DNA from: Acidobacteriota bacterium
GTDB lineage: Bacteria > Acidobacteriota > Terriglobia > Terriglobales > Acidobacteriaceae
Assembly (NCBI GenBank): GCA_021785495.1
Contig: JAJYFB010000001.1
Location: forward strand, 9,891 to 73,890
Length of the DNA stretch: 64,000 nucleotides
Direction of reading: 5' to 3'
Position 1 is the first letter of the stretch. Every line of letters starts with the position of its first letter. This document shows positions 8,106 to 16,283 of the stretch, in pieces. Position numbers and translations under genes: made by a program. The notes beneath the pieces were generated by a model that saw only the letters and a program-made list of their open reading frames with translations, searched no databases and was not told the origin of the DNA.

Positions 8106-9914
8106 CTACGGCAGGTAATAGCGGAACGAGGTGAAGATCATGTTGTCGTCGCCGTGGGCGCCGCCGTCGGGATTGGCTGTGCCGCCGTTTCCGGACCAGA
8201 GGTCGCGGCGAATCCAGCTATATTGAATGCCCTGGCGAAGTCGGCCCGCTGCGCTATCGTGAATGTTGAACCAGTAGCCGGCCGTGAACTCCTGCACGTC
8301 CTTGTTGTTGCCGCCGCAGTTGGCCGGAGTGACGGCCGCGCCGCCCGAAGCGCCCGCGCCCGAATTGTCGGTTTCGGTGGCGCAGCCCGACATATTGGCG
8401 GTGTAGGCGCCGTAGCCCACTTCCTGGCCGGCGCTGTTCAGCGTCCAGTCGCGGCCGATGTAGTCGCCGCCGTAGTTGAAGTAGACGTTCAGCCGCGGCG
8501 TCGGGTTCAGCTCCACCGTGCTGAGCGCGGAGAAGCCATGCAGCGGCGAGAACTGGCCGTCGGGGCGGACGGTGACGTCGGCGATGGTGGACGAGCCGTA
8601 ACGGCCGACGCCCTGGCCCCACAGGCCCTTCAGGCCGACGGTGACCTTCTTGTTGGCCAGCGGAGCGCGGAAGCCGCCGCCGATGCCGGCGCCGGTTTTG
8701 ACGTCGTTATACGCCGCGCTGCCGGTGGGATAGATGCGGTCGCGGAAGTTGCGCTCGATGCCGAAGAGCTCCCAGTGGCCCCAGCCGGGCTCCAGCGCCA
8801 TCTTGACGACAAAGTCGGGCGAGTAGTTGTACGAGTAGTTGGCCGTGGGGTTGTAGAGGCCGCCGCCGGTTCCGGTCGAGCCGAAGACGTAGTTGCTCGG
8901 CAGGTTCTGTCCGGCCGGATTCAGGATCTGGGCGTTCTCGACCGAGGCGCCCAGGAAAAGGCTGCGGCCGATGTTCTTCGAGACGCGGAAGCTGTACTGC
9001 CGGGTCCAGACGAAGCCGGCTTCGTACTGCGGGTCGATGGTGGCCGGCAGAATCTCGCTGCCGCGCGTGAGGCCCTGCGTGGTCTCGGCGGCGAGCGACC
9101 ATCCCTGTCCGCCGGAGAAGTCCCAGCCGCTGTTCATCCTGGCGTCGGCCCACATCTGCCGCTGGCGCAGCACGTAGCTGTTCGACTGGTTGTTATTCGA
9201 GGTGATGCCCGTGCCCAGCCAGTCAGCCTCGTAGTAGCCGGCGAAGGTCCAGCTCGGCAGCTTGCTGGTTCCCTTGATGGCCAGGCGCGACTGGCGGCCG
9301 GTGCCCTGGAACTCGGACATCTGGTAGGCGTCGGAGTTCTGCAGCGGTACGCCGGTGAAGGCCGTGTTCAGGCCGCCGCCGGTCGCCGTGGTGCGGTTCA
9401 CAGTTTCGGCCGCGATGAAGCTGCCGGTGAAGGAGATGGTTGAGCCCTTGAAGTGGATCGCGTCGGGGCTGACGATCATCTTTTTCATCTTCTTCATCTT
9501 GTTATCGCTCTTGGCGACGGAGGCCGTCAGCGTCTGCTGATCGCCCTGGAGCGTCTTCACCGTGCTTTCGAGGGTGGAGACGGCCGAGCTGTTCTCGGTG
9601 AACGCGGCCTGCTGGGACTGGGCATCCGCCTCGGCCTTGCTGGCCGCGGCCTGGGCATCGGCGGCGGCCTGCTGCGCCTGGCGCAACTGCGCGTCCTTGG
9701 CCGCGAGGTCGCTCTTCAGGCCGTCGATCTGATTCTGCATCTCGCTGCGCAGGGCCTGAATCTGCTCTTCCAGCGCGGGAGCGGACGGCTTGGCATCCTT
9801 CTTCGCCGTTGCATGTTTCCTGGCAGAAGCCGAGGAACTCGTGCTCTGCGCGTGGGCGACGGCAAGACCGGCTGCAAGTAGAACTGCGGCAGCCGTGTGT
9901 ACGGTCAATTTCAT
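8106..9914 (-). CDS. Outer-membrane beta-barrel porin-like protein with a ~100-aa N-terminal coiled-coil stalk
   Basis: ATG at 9914 gives 'MKLTVHTAAAVLLAAGLAVAHAQS' (signal peptide). A coiled coil follows: 'LEEQIQALRSEMQNQIDGLKSDLAAKDAQLRQAQQ...'. The C-terminal ~480 aa are rich in alternating aromatic/Gly strands and end 'FTSFRYYLP'. Confidence 0.65.
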   Translation of the reverse strand: MKLTVHTAAAVLLAAGLAVAHAQSTSSSASARKHATAKKDAKPSAPALEEQIQALRSEMQNQIDGLKSDLAAKDAQLRQAQQAAADAQAAASKAEADAQSQQAAFTENSSAVSTLESTVKTLQGDQQTLTASVAKSDNKMKKMKKMIVSPDAIHFKGSTISFTGSFIAAETVNRTTATGGGLNTAFTGVPLQNSDAYQMSEFQGTGRQSRLAIKGTSKLPSWTFAGYYEADWLGTGITSNNNQSNSYVLRQRQMWADARMNSGWDFSGGQGWSLAAETTQGLTRGSEILPATIDPQYEAGFVWTRQYSFRVSKNIGRSLFLGASVENAQILNPAGQNLPSNYVFGSTGTGGGLYNPTANYSYNYSPDFVVKMALEPGWGHWELFGIERNFRDRIYPTGSAAYNDVKTGAGIGGGFRAPLANKKVTVGLKGLWGQGVGRYGSSTIADVTVRPDGQFSPLHGFSALSTVELNPTPRLNVYFNYGGDYIGRDWTLNSAGQEVGYGAYTANMSGCATETDNSGAGASGGAAVTPANCGGNNKDVQEFTAGYWFNIHDSAAGRLRQGIQYSWIRRDLWSGNGGTANPDGGAHGDDNMIFTSFRYYLP

Positions 9915-10311
9915 TGGGGCCTCTCTGTCGGTTCGGAATCGTTGTGGAATCGTGTCCGCATCGGCGTGCGTTTCGATGCAACCCGATCGCTGCACAGCGG
10001 GCACAAGCAGGAGCGGAAGACGCGGCGCGGATTCCGTTTGCGGATCGAGCTACGAAAGATCGCAAAGCACCTGGAATCGCGCAACGGCCAACATCCTCTG
10101 CTTCCCTCGCAGATAAGCCTCGCAGAGTTGTGTGAAAATTTGGCAAATACGGTTGACGGTGCGAGCGGCCAGCCGGGCGCGCAAGCCGTGTATTTTCCAG
10201 GAGATTGATTTTGTTTTTACCTGACGTTCACTGAAAATTCATCAAAAGCGGACGCCCTTTCCACGGAAAAATGCCGATCGGGCGTCCCTCTTCGGGCGCA
10301 GTCCGGACCCG

Positions 10312-10348
10312 AAAAAAAGCTCGCGCCGGACTCCGGCGCGAGCTTTTT
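10312..10348 (-). terminator. Intrinsic terminator downstream of the GH3 gene
   Basis: aaaaaaa-GCTCGCGCCGGA-c-TCCGGCGCGAGC-ttttt. The 12-bp GC stem has A/T runs on both sides. Confidence 0.65.
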
Positions 10349-10373
10349 CTGGGGCGCTGATCGAGCGGCGAGG

Positions 10374-13052
10374 TTACATCGTCGCGCAGTCGAACTCCGC
10401 ATGGAGCGGCAGCGAGGCCGAGGACGGTCCCACGGCGATGGTGCGCGTGCCTTGCGGCATCGTCCACTTCTGCTCCTTCGCCGACCAGTACTGCAACTGG
10501 CGCAGGGGCACATGCAGCGTAACCGTGCGGCTCTGGCCCGCCGGGAGGAAGACGCGGTCGAAGGCCACGAGCGCATGGACCGGGAACTCGACGCCAGCTG
10601 GAATCACGCTGGGCGCGCCGAGATAGGCCTGCGGAACCTCGTCGGAGTCCACCTTGCCCGTGTTCTGGATGGTCAGGCTCAGATCCAATCCGCCGGCGGC
10701 GGCCTTTTGCACCTTGAGATCGGAGTAGGCGAAGGTGGTGTAACTCAGGCCGTAGCCAAACGGAAAGAGCGGCTGAATCTGCTCCTTCTGGAACCAGCGA
10801 TAGCCCACGTTGACTCCCTCGCTGAAGGTGGTTTTGCCGTCGACGCCCTTGCGGCTGCGCTCGGGATAGCGCGGATCGGTGGCCGGATCATCGTCCAGTT
10901 TTTTCGCCCAGGTCACCGGCAGCCGTCCCGCCGGGCTCGCCTTGCCGAGCAGCAGATTGGCCGTGGACCATCCGCCCTCGTCGCCCGGCCACCACATTTC
11001 GAGCACGGCCTTGACCTTGTCGAGCCACGGCAGCGCCACGGGCTGGCTGGTGTTGAGCACGACAATCGTGTTTGGATTGACGGCCGCGACCTCTTCCACC
11101 AGCTTGTCCTGATCGCCCGGCAGGCCGAAGACCGGCGTGAGCCGCGTCCAGACGAAGACCACGGCGATTTTGGCGTTTTTGGCCGCCGCGATCGCCGCAG
11201 CGGCGTCGGCGGCGCGCTGTTCGGGCGTGTACCAGTTGAGCCGCACCTGCACGGACGCGCCGGAACTGTCCGGCGTGATCTTCACTTCGATCGCGTGCGG
11301 GCCGGCTGTCAGTTGCACGGCGCGCCGCAGGTTGTCCAGCCCGTCGGGCGTGGGCACGACGTTGTCCTGATTGGCCTGCAAAATATCGCCGTGGACCCCA
11401 CCCTGAAAGGCTCCGGTCCGCGCCAGCGGTTTGCCGTCGATCGCGATGCTGGCATTCGTGCCCAGCGCCTGCAGATAGAGCCAGTACTCGCCGGCGTGCG
11501 GCGGCGTGAGCGTGCCCTTCCAGGCGAGCGTTGCGTTGGGCGGCAACGCATGACCATTTTTCGTTGTGAAGTCCAGTTGAGCGTCCACCTGCGTCTGGCC
11601 GAAGCCCGTGCGCACGAGGCCCGGCTGGCCATCGTGGCCAAGGGCGCTGGCCGGCACCGTGGTTCCGTTCATGTCGTCGGCCACGGCAAAGCGAATCTGC
11701 GGATGGCCCGAAATCTTCTCCATCGCCGCCAGCGGGCCCACCTCGCGAGCCGGCAGGCCGACGCTGCGCTCTCCATTAATGCCGATCGAGTCCACCTGCC
11801 CGGCCGTGGGGCCGATCAGCACCACATCGTCCAGGCCGGCCGCCTTCAGCGGCAGCGCGTGGTCCTCGTTTTTGAGCAGAACGGCCGCATCTTCGCCGGT
11901 TTTTTCGATGATCTTCGCGTTGGCTTCCACCGCTTGTGGCGTCACGGTGTGCTTCTCGCCGCCGTCCAGATAGCCAAACCGGTCCATCTCGAAGAGCACG
12001 CGGCCGGCGGCTTCGGTAATCCGCGCCTCGGTCACCGTGCCGTCCTTGAGCGCGGCCGGCATCCGTTCCGGATTCAGCACGACGCCGAAATCCGTGGGAT
12101 CCGGCCGTGCCGGCGCGGGCTCTTCGGGGATATGCCCGCCGAACATGGCCATCATGCCCTTGATCGCGTCCGGCGGCGGTGGCGGCTGCGGAGGATTGAG
12201 GCCGAAGAAGGCCGGAAGACCGATCCCGGTGCCGGGCATCTCCATATCCAGACCGGCGTTGATGAAGTTCACCGCGTGAACCGCGCCCCAATCGGAGGTG
12301 ACGAAGCCCTTGAAGCCCATCTGATCGCGCAGAATCGTGGTCAGGTTGTGCTGATTGCCGCAGGCGAAGGCCCCGTTGATGCGGTTGTACGAGCACATGA
12401 TCGACGAGACGCCCGCCTGGATCGCGGCATCGAACGGGGCCAGATAGACCTCGTGCAGCGTCTGATCGTCGATGAAGATGTTCGTGGCGTTCGAGTCGTA
12501 GCCCACGTAGTGCTTGACCATCGCCATCACGTGCTGCGACTGGATGCCGCGAATCTCTTCGGCGCCCAGAACGCTGGTGAGATACGGATCTTCGCCGAAG
12601 GTGTTATAGCCCCGGCCGAACTCCAGATCGCGGTCGATGTTCACAAACGGTTGCAGGCTCACGTCGATGCCGTTGGCGCGATCCTCGCGCCCGATGACGA
12701 CGCCGTTGGCCAGCGCGTCTTTTGCACTGAAGGTCGCGGCCACGCCCATCGTCGCCGTCTCGCCTTGGCTGGGCACGCGCGTCAGCACGCCGGGCGGCCC
12801 GTCGGCGAAGCGCAGCCCCGGAATCCCCAGCCGCGGCACGCCCGCCAGGTAGCCCGCTTGCCCCTGATAGACGGCCGGATTCTCCATCGCGCCGCGTACG
12901 AGCGCGATCTTCTCCTGAAGCGACATCTGGTCAAGCAGCCGGTCCACCCGCGGATTGCCGGTCACCGCAGGGACGGATTGCGCCGCAGCCATGCCGGCCA
13001 GCAGGAACGCCGCACCCAGGCCCGCGCACAAACGCACATGAAATCCTCGCAT
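10374..13052 (-). CDS. Glycoside hydrolase family 3 (beta-glucosidase-like) with an inserted PA14 domain
   Basis: 'GIPGLRFADGPPGV','SLQPFVNIDRDLEFGRGYNTFGEDPYL','KHYVGYDS','GFKGFVTSDWGAVH'. The PA14-like segment is 'AGEYWLYLQALGTNASIAIDGKPL'. ATG at 13052 (MRGFHVRLCAGLGAAFLLAGMAAAQS) is preceded by GGGAGGA. Confidence 0.9.
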   Translation of the reverse strand: MRGFHVRLCAGLGAAFLLAGMAAAQSVPAVTGNPRVDRLLDQMSLQEKIALVRGAMENPAVYQGQAGYLAGVPRLGIPGLRFADGPPGVLTRVPSQGETATMGVAATFSAKDALANGVVIGREDRANGIDVSLQPFVNIDRDLEFGRGYNTFGEDPYLTSVLGAEEIRGIQSQHVMAMVKHYVGYDSNATNIFIDDQTLHEVYLAPFDAAIQAGVSSIMCSYNRINGAFACGNQHNLTTILRDQMGFKGFVTSDWGAVHAVNFINAGLDMEMPGTGIGLPAFFGLNPPQPPPPPDAIKGMMAMFGGHIPEEPAPARPDPTDFGVVLNPERMPAALKDGTVTEARITEAAGRVLFEMDRFGYLDGGEKHTVTPQAVEANAKIIEKTGEDAAVLLKNEDHALPLKAAGLDDVVLIGPTAGQVDSIGINGERSVGLPAREVGPLAAMEKISGHPQIRFAVADDMNGTTVPASALGHDGQPGLVRTGFGQTQVDAQLDFTTKNGHALPPNATLAWKGTLTPPHAGEYWLYLQALGTNASIAIDGKPLARTGAFQGGVHGDILQANQDNVVPTPDGLDNLRRAVQLTAGPHAIEVKITPDSSGASVQVRLNWYTPEQRAADAAAAIAAAKNAKIAVVFVWTRLTPVFGLPGDQDKLVEEVAAVNPNTIVVLNTSQPVALPWLDKVKAVLEMWWPGDEGGWSTANLLLGKASPAGRLPVTWAKKLDDDPATDPRYPERSRKGVDGKTTFSEGVNVGYRWFQKEQIQPLFPFGYGLSYTTFAYSDLKVQKAAAGGLDLSLTIQNTGKVDSDEVPQAYLGAPSVIPAGVEFPVHALVAFDRVFLPAGQSRTVTLHVPLRQLQYWSAKEQKWTMPQGTRTIAVGPSSASLPLHAEFDCATM

Positions 13053-13163
13053 GGTTTCCTCCCGTGAAACCCTCCGAACAAAAGCTCCCCTACAAACTAA
13101 AGGCCGGTTCTGCCGTTTGGCAAGATGGCCGTTGCAGAACCGGGAACGCGACGGGCCGCCGAA

Positions 13164-13279
13164 CAGGGCCAACGCATTTGGATTTCGCATGGCCGCCCGG
13201 AACAGCTTGGAAAGGGCACGGCTTCAGCCGTGCCCTTTCCAAACAAAATCATCCCGCAAGCTGAAATGCGTTTGCCCTG
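13164..13279. mobile_element. 116-bp MITE, family 1 (TIR CAGGGCAAACGCATT), inverted relative to the copy at 61142..61257
   Basis: The ends are 'cagggccaacgcattt...aaatgcgtttgccctg'. The central perfect hairpin is ggaaagggcacggc-ttca-gccgtgccctttcc. A 9-bp direct repeat GCCGCCGAA flanks it (13155-13163 and 13281-13289). Confidence 0.75.
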
Positions 13280-13301
13280 AGCCGCCGAATGCCCGCGCCA
13301 A

Positions 13302-13369
13302 CGGAAAACGCTACTTTACGGAAAACGCTACTTTACGGAAAACGCTACTTTACGGAAAACGCTACTTTT
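13302..13369. repeat. 17-bp tandem direct repeat x4 (CGGAAAACGCTACTTTA) abutting a -10-like TAAAAT
   Basis: Four head-to-tail copies occupy 13302-13318, 13319-13335, 13336-13352 and 13353-13369 (the last base differs). TAAAAT lies at 13373-13378 and the first ATG of the next ORF at 13388. Confidence 0.9.
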
Positions 13370-13387
13370 AGGTAAAATGACGATGGA

Positions 13388-13801
13388 ATGGAACTGGCGC
13401 TGAATCTCGGCTGGGCGGCGCTTGCCGTGTGGATGGTCTGCGTGTGGCTGCGCAGGACGCCGTCGCGTCGGCAGGACCGCCGTGCGCAGATGGTGGCGCT
13501 GGCGATGGCCATTCTGATTCTGCTGCCGGCCATCTCAATGACCGACGATCTGGCGGCGGCGCAGTGTCCGGCCGTGCTCGATCTCAGTGTCCGCCGTTCG
13601 CACGATCAGGACGCGCACAATCCCCACTGCATCTTTCCCGCGGCGGCCTCGCTGCCGTCCGTGAAGTTTTCCTGTCTTCCCTTGCAAACGACAGGCAAGG
13701 CCGCACTGGTTGCGCGCATCCTGGTTGCGGTCGAAAATCCCGCGCTCATCGCAATCGACAACCGCCCTCCGCCGGCAGCCAGCTTTTCCTTCGCTGCGTA
13801 A
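13388..13801 (+). CDS. Small membrane protein with a His/Cys/Asp-rich loop, upstream of the metal-efflux operon (possible CzcI-like role)
   Basis: Two hydrophobic helices: 'LGWAALAVWMVCVWL' and 'MVALAMAILILLPAISM'. They are followed by 'CPAVLDLSVRRSHDQDAHNPHC'. I recognise no family, so coding status rests on position and hydrophobicity. Confidence 0.45.
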   Translation: MELALNLGWAALAVWMVCVWLRRTPSRRQDRRAQMVALAMAILILLPAISMTDDLAAAQCPAVLDLSVRRSHDQDAHNPHCIFPAAASLPSVKFSCLPLQTTGKAALVARILVAVENPALIAIDNRPPPAASFSFAA

Positions 13802-13866
13802 TTCTTTTTCATCGCTTGTTCTTCCCGATCGGCGTCGTGACCACCACGGCGCAAGAAGGTTGTTCC

Positions 13867-15147
13867 ATGAAGCGGATCTTTTCTGCCGTCGCCGCCGGGG
13901 CGACGGGTGCGATCCTTGCGCTGCTGCCGGGCTGCGTCCGCGCGCAGCAGGCGCTTGGCTGGGATCAGGTCAAGGCGCGGTTCGAGGCCGGCAATCCGGC
14001 GCTGCGGGCCGACGCCGACACTGTCGAGGAGTTGCGCGCCGAAGAGATCACGGCCGATCTGCGGCCCAATCCGCAGTTGACGCTGGCCGCCGACGGTACG
14101 CAGATTGCTCCGAACCATGGCCTCTGGCAGCCCATGGCTGGAACCTTTGTCTCGCCGGGCATCAGCTATCTGCACGAGCGCGATCACAAGCGCGCACTGC
14201 GCCTCGAAAGCGCGCAGGAGGGTACGCACATCGGCGAGGCGCAACACGAAGACCTGCGGCGCAATCTGGAGTTCACCTTGCGCACGGCCTTCGTCCAGAC
14301 CCTCGAAGCCAAGGACGTGCTGAAGCTGGCGCAGCAAGACCTCGCCTATTACGACTCCATCCTTGCCACCAGCCGCGCGCGGCTGAAGGCCGGCGACATC
14401 GCCCAGATCGACTTCGACCGTATCGAACTGCTGCGCGTGCAATATGAAGCGGAGATGCAGACGGCGATCGTGAATCTGCGCACGGCCAAGATTCAACTGC
14501 TGCAGTTGCTCAATGACCGCACGCCCGTGGACAAGTTCGACGTGACCGGCGTCTTCGATTTTTCAGACGCGCTCGATCCGCTCGCAACCTATCATCAGGC
14601 CGCCATCGCCGCCCGGCCCGATCTTCAGGCCGCGCTCGCCACGGTGCAGCAGGCGCAAACCAATCACAAGCTGGCCAAAGCGAACGGCTCGACCGATCCC
14701 ACTCTCAGCGCCTGGTACACGTGGAACGCATCGACAAACAACCCGAACGCCTTCCAGACGCTGGGCGCAAGCGTCAGCATTCCCCTGCGCCTCTTCGATC
14801 GCAACCAGGGCGAAAAGAAACGCACCGCGATCGACATGGATCGCGCGCGCCAGGCCAGTGAGTCCGTTCGGGCGCAGGTCTTCAGCGATGTCGATACGGC
14901 CTATGCTCAGGTGCAGAGCAATATCGCCCTTCTGAAGCCCTACAAGGACAAGTACAACAACGAAGCACTGCAGGTGCGCGACACGGTCAGCTACGCCTAC
15001 TTTCACGGCGGTGCTTCGCTGATGGACTTTCTGAACGCGCAGAGCAATGATCGCCAGGTGCAACTGGCCTACGCGCAACTGATTGGCGCCTATCTTGCGT
15101 CGGTCGCGCAACTGAATCTTGCCGTGGGACGCGAGGTGATCCAATGA
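13867..15147 (+). CDS. Outer-membrane efflux protein (TolC/CzcC family)
   Basis: ATG at 13867 gives 'MKRIFSAVAAGATGAILALLPGCVRAQQ'. Typical OEP repeats are present: 'AEEITADLRPNPQLTLAAD' and 'AARPDLQAALATVQQAQTNHKLAKANGSTDPTLSAWY'. Its stop overlaps the next start (ATGA at 15144-15147). Confidence 0.85.
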   Translation: MKRIFSAVAAGATGAILALLPGCVRAQQALGWDQVKARFEAGNPALRADADTVEELRAEEITADLRPNPQLTLAADGTQIAPNHGLWQPMAGTFVSPGISYLHERDHKRALRLESAQEGTHIGEAQHEDLRRNLEFTLRTAFVQTLEAKDVLKLAQQDLAYYDSILATSRARLKAGDIAQIDFDRIELLRVQYEAEMQTAIVNLRTAKIQLLQLLNDRTPVDKFDVTGVFDFSDALDPLATYHQAAIAARPDLQAALATVQQAQTNHKLAKANGSTDPTLSAWYTWNASTNNPNAFQTLGASVSIPLRLFDRNQGEKKRTAIDMDRARQASESVRAQVFSDVDTAYAQVQSNIALLKPYKDKYNNEALQVRDTVSYAYFHGGASLMDFLNAQSNDRQVQLAYAQLIGAYLASVAQLNLAVGREVIQ

Positions 15148-16283
15148 GAAAACTTTCTTTGTGGACGATGACGTGCGGCAGCCTTGCGCTTCTTGTCTCT
15201 GCGGGCTGCAAAAAGAGCTTCAATCCGGCCAGCGCCGGGCCCGTTCCCACGCAAGTGGTGGAGTCGGGCAACGCCGGCCTTGTCACGGTGGATCATCCCG
15301 AACAGTACCCAACGGTCGCCGCGGGACGGATCGACGCGCCGGAGACGCTCGACGTCACGGGCTCGGTGTTTCCCGACATTTCGCGCGAGATTCCGGTGAT
15401 CTCGATGGCCAACGGCCGCGTGGTCGACATCCGCGCCCGGCTCGATGACCACGTGAAAAAGGGGCAGTTGCTCTTCAGCGTCGAGAGCCCGGACATCAGC
15501 GCCGCATTCGACACCTACGTGAAGGCCGCGGCCGACGAGCAGCTCGCCAACAAGGCGTATTTGCGCACAAAGGATCTCTACGCGCACGGGGCCGTTGCGC
15601 AATCCGCGCTCGAACAAGCGGACGACACGGAAAAGGACGCGCGCGCCGATCTGGCCGCCGCCGAGCAGCAACTGAAGATCTTCGGTGTGGACAAGAATCA
15701 TCCCAGCCCCATCGTCAACGTCTACGCGCCTGCCTCGGGCGTCATCGTGGCGCAGAACATCACGCAGGCCGCGGCCACAGGCGTCGCGCTCTCGGGCACA
15801 GCCACGGCCTTCACCATCGCCGATCTGCGCTCGGTGTGGATTCTCTGCGACGTTTACGAAAATGACCTTCCCAAAGTCAGCCCGGGGCAAACTGCGGAGA
15901 TTCGGCTTGCGGCGTATCCCGGCAAAACTCTCACCGGCCGCGTCAGCGACATCGGCCCGGTTCTCGATCCGGCGCTGCGCACGGCCAAGGTGCGCATCGA
16001 GGTTGCCAACTCAGGCCTGCTGCGCCTGGGCATGTTCGTGACGGCGACGCTGGCAAGCCGCAGCAAGGTAACGCACGCAACCGTGCCGTCGAGCGCCCTT
16101 CTGCATCTGCACGATCGCGAGTGGGTCTTTCAGCCGGCCGGCCCGGGCCAATTTCGGCGCGTCGCCGTGCAAGGCGGCGCGATGCTAGCCGGCGGCCAGC
16201 AGGAGATTCTCTCTGGCCTTGCGCCGGGCCAGCCGGTCGTGAAAGATGCGCTGAACCTTCAGGCCACCGCGGAGGCGCAATGA
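15144..16283 (+). CDS. Efflux RND periplasmic adaptor (membrane fusion protein, CzcB/HlyD family)
   Basis: Lipobox-like 'LLVSAGC'. Other motifs: 'VISMANGRVVDIRARLDDHVKKGQLLFSVESPDI', 'VYAPASGVIVAQNI', 'GMFVTATL'. ATGA overlaps sit at both ends. Confidence 0.9.
   Translation: MRKLSLWTMTCGSLALLVSAGCKKSFNPASAGPVPTQVVESGNAGLVTVDHPEQYPTVAAGRIDAPETLDVTGSVFPDISREIPVISMANGRVVDIRARLDDHVKKGQLLFSVESPDISAAFDTYVKAAADEQLANKAYLRTKDLYAHGAVAQSALEQADDTEKDARADLAAAEQQLKIFGVDKNHPSPIVNVYAPASGVIVAQNITQAAATGVALSGTATAFTIADLRSVWILCDVYENDLPKVSPGQTAEIRLAAYPGKTLTGRVSDIGPVLDPALRTAKVRIEVANSGLLRLGMFVTATLASRSKVTHATVPSSALLHLHDREWVFQPAGPGQFRRVAVQGGAMLAGGQQEILSGLAPGQPVVKDALNLQATAEAQ

Noticed and set aside
10401-13067. An 888-aa plus-strand ORF.
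   Set aside because: It is antisense to the GH3/PA14 gene and has no recognisable motifs. Its Arg-rich composition marks it as a shadow ORF.
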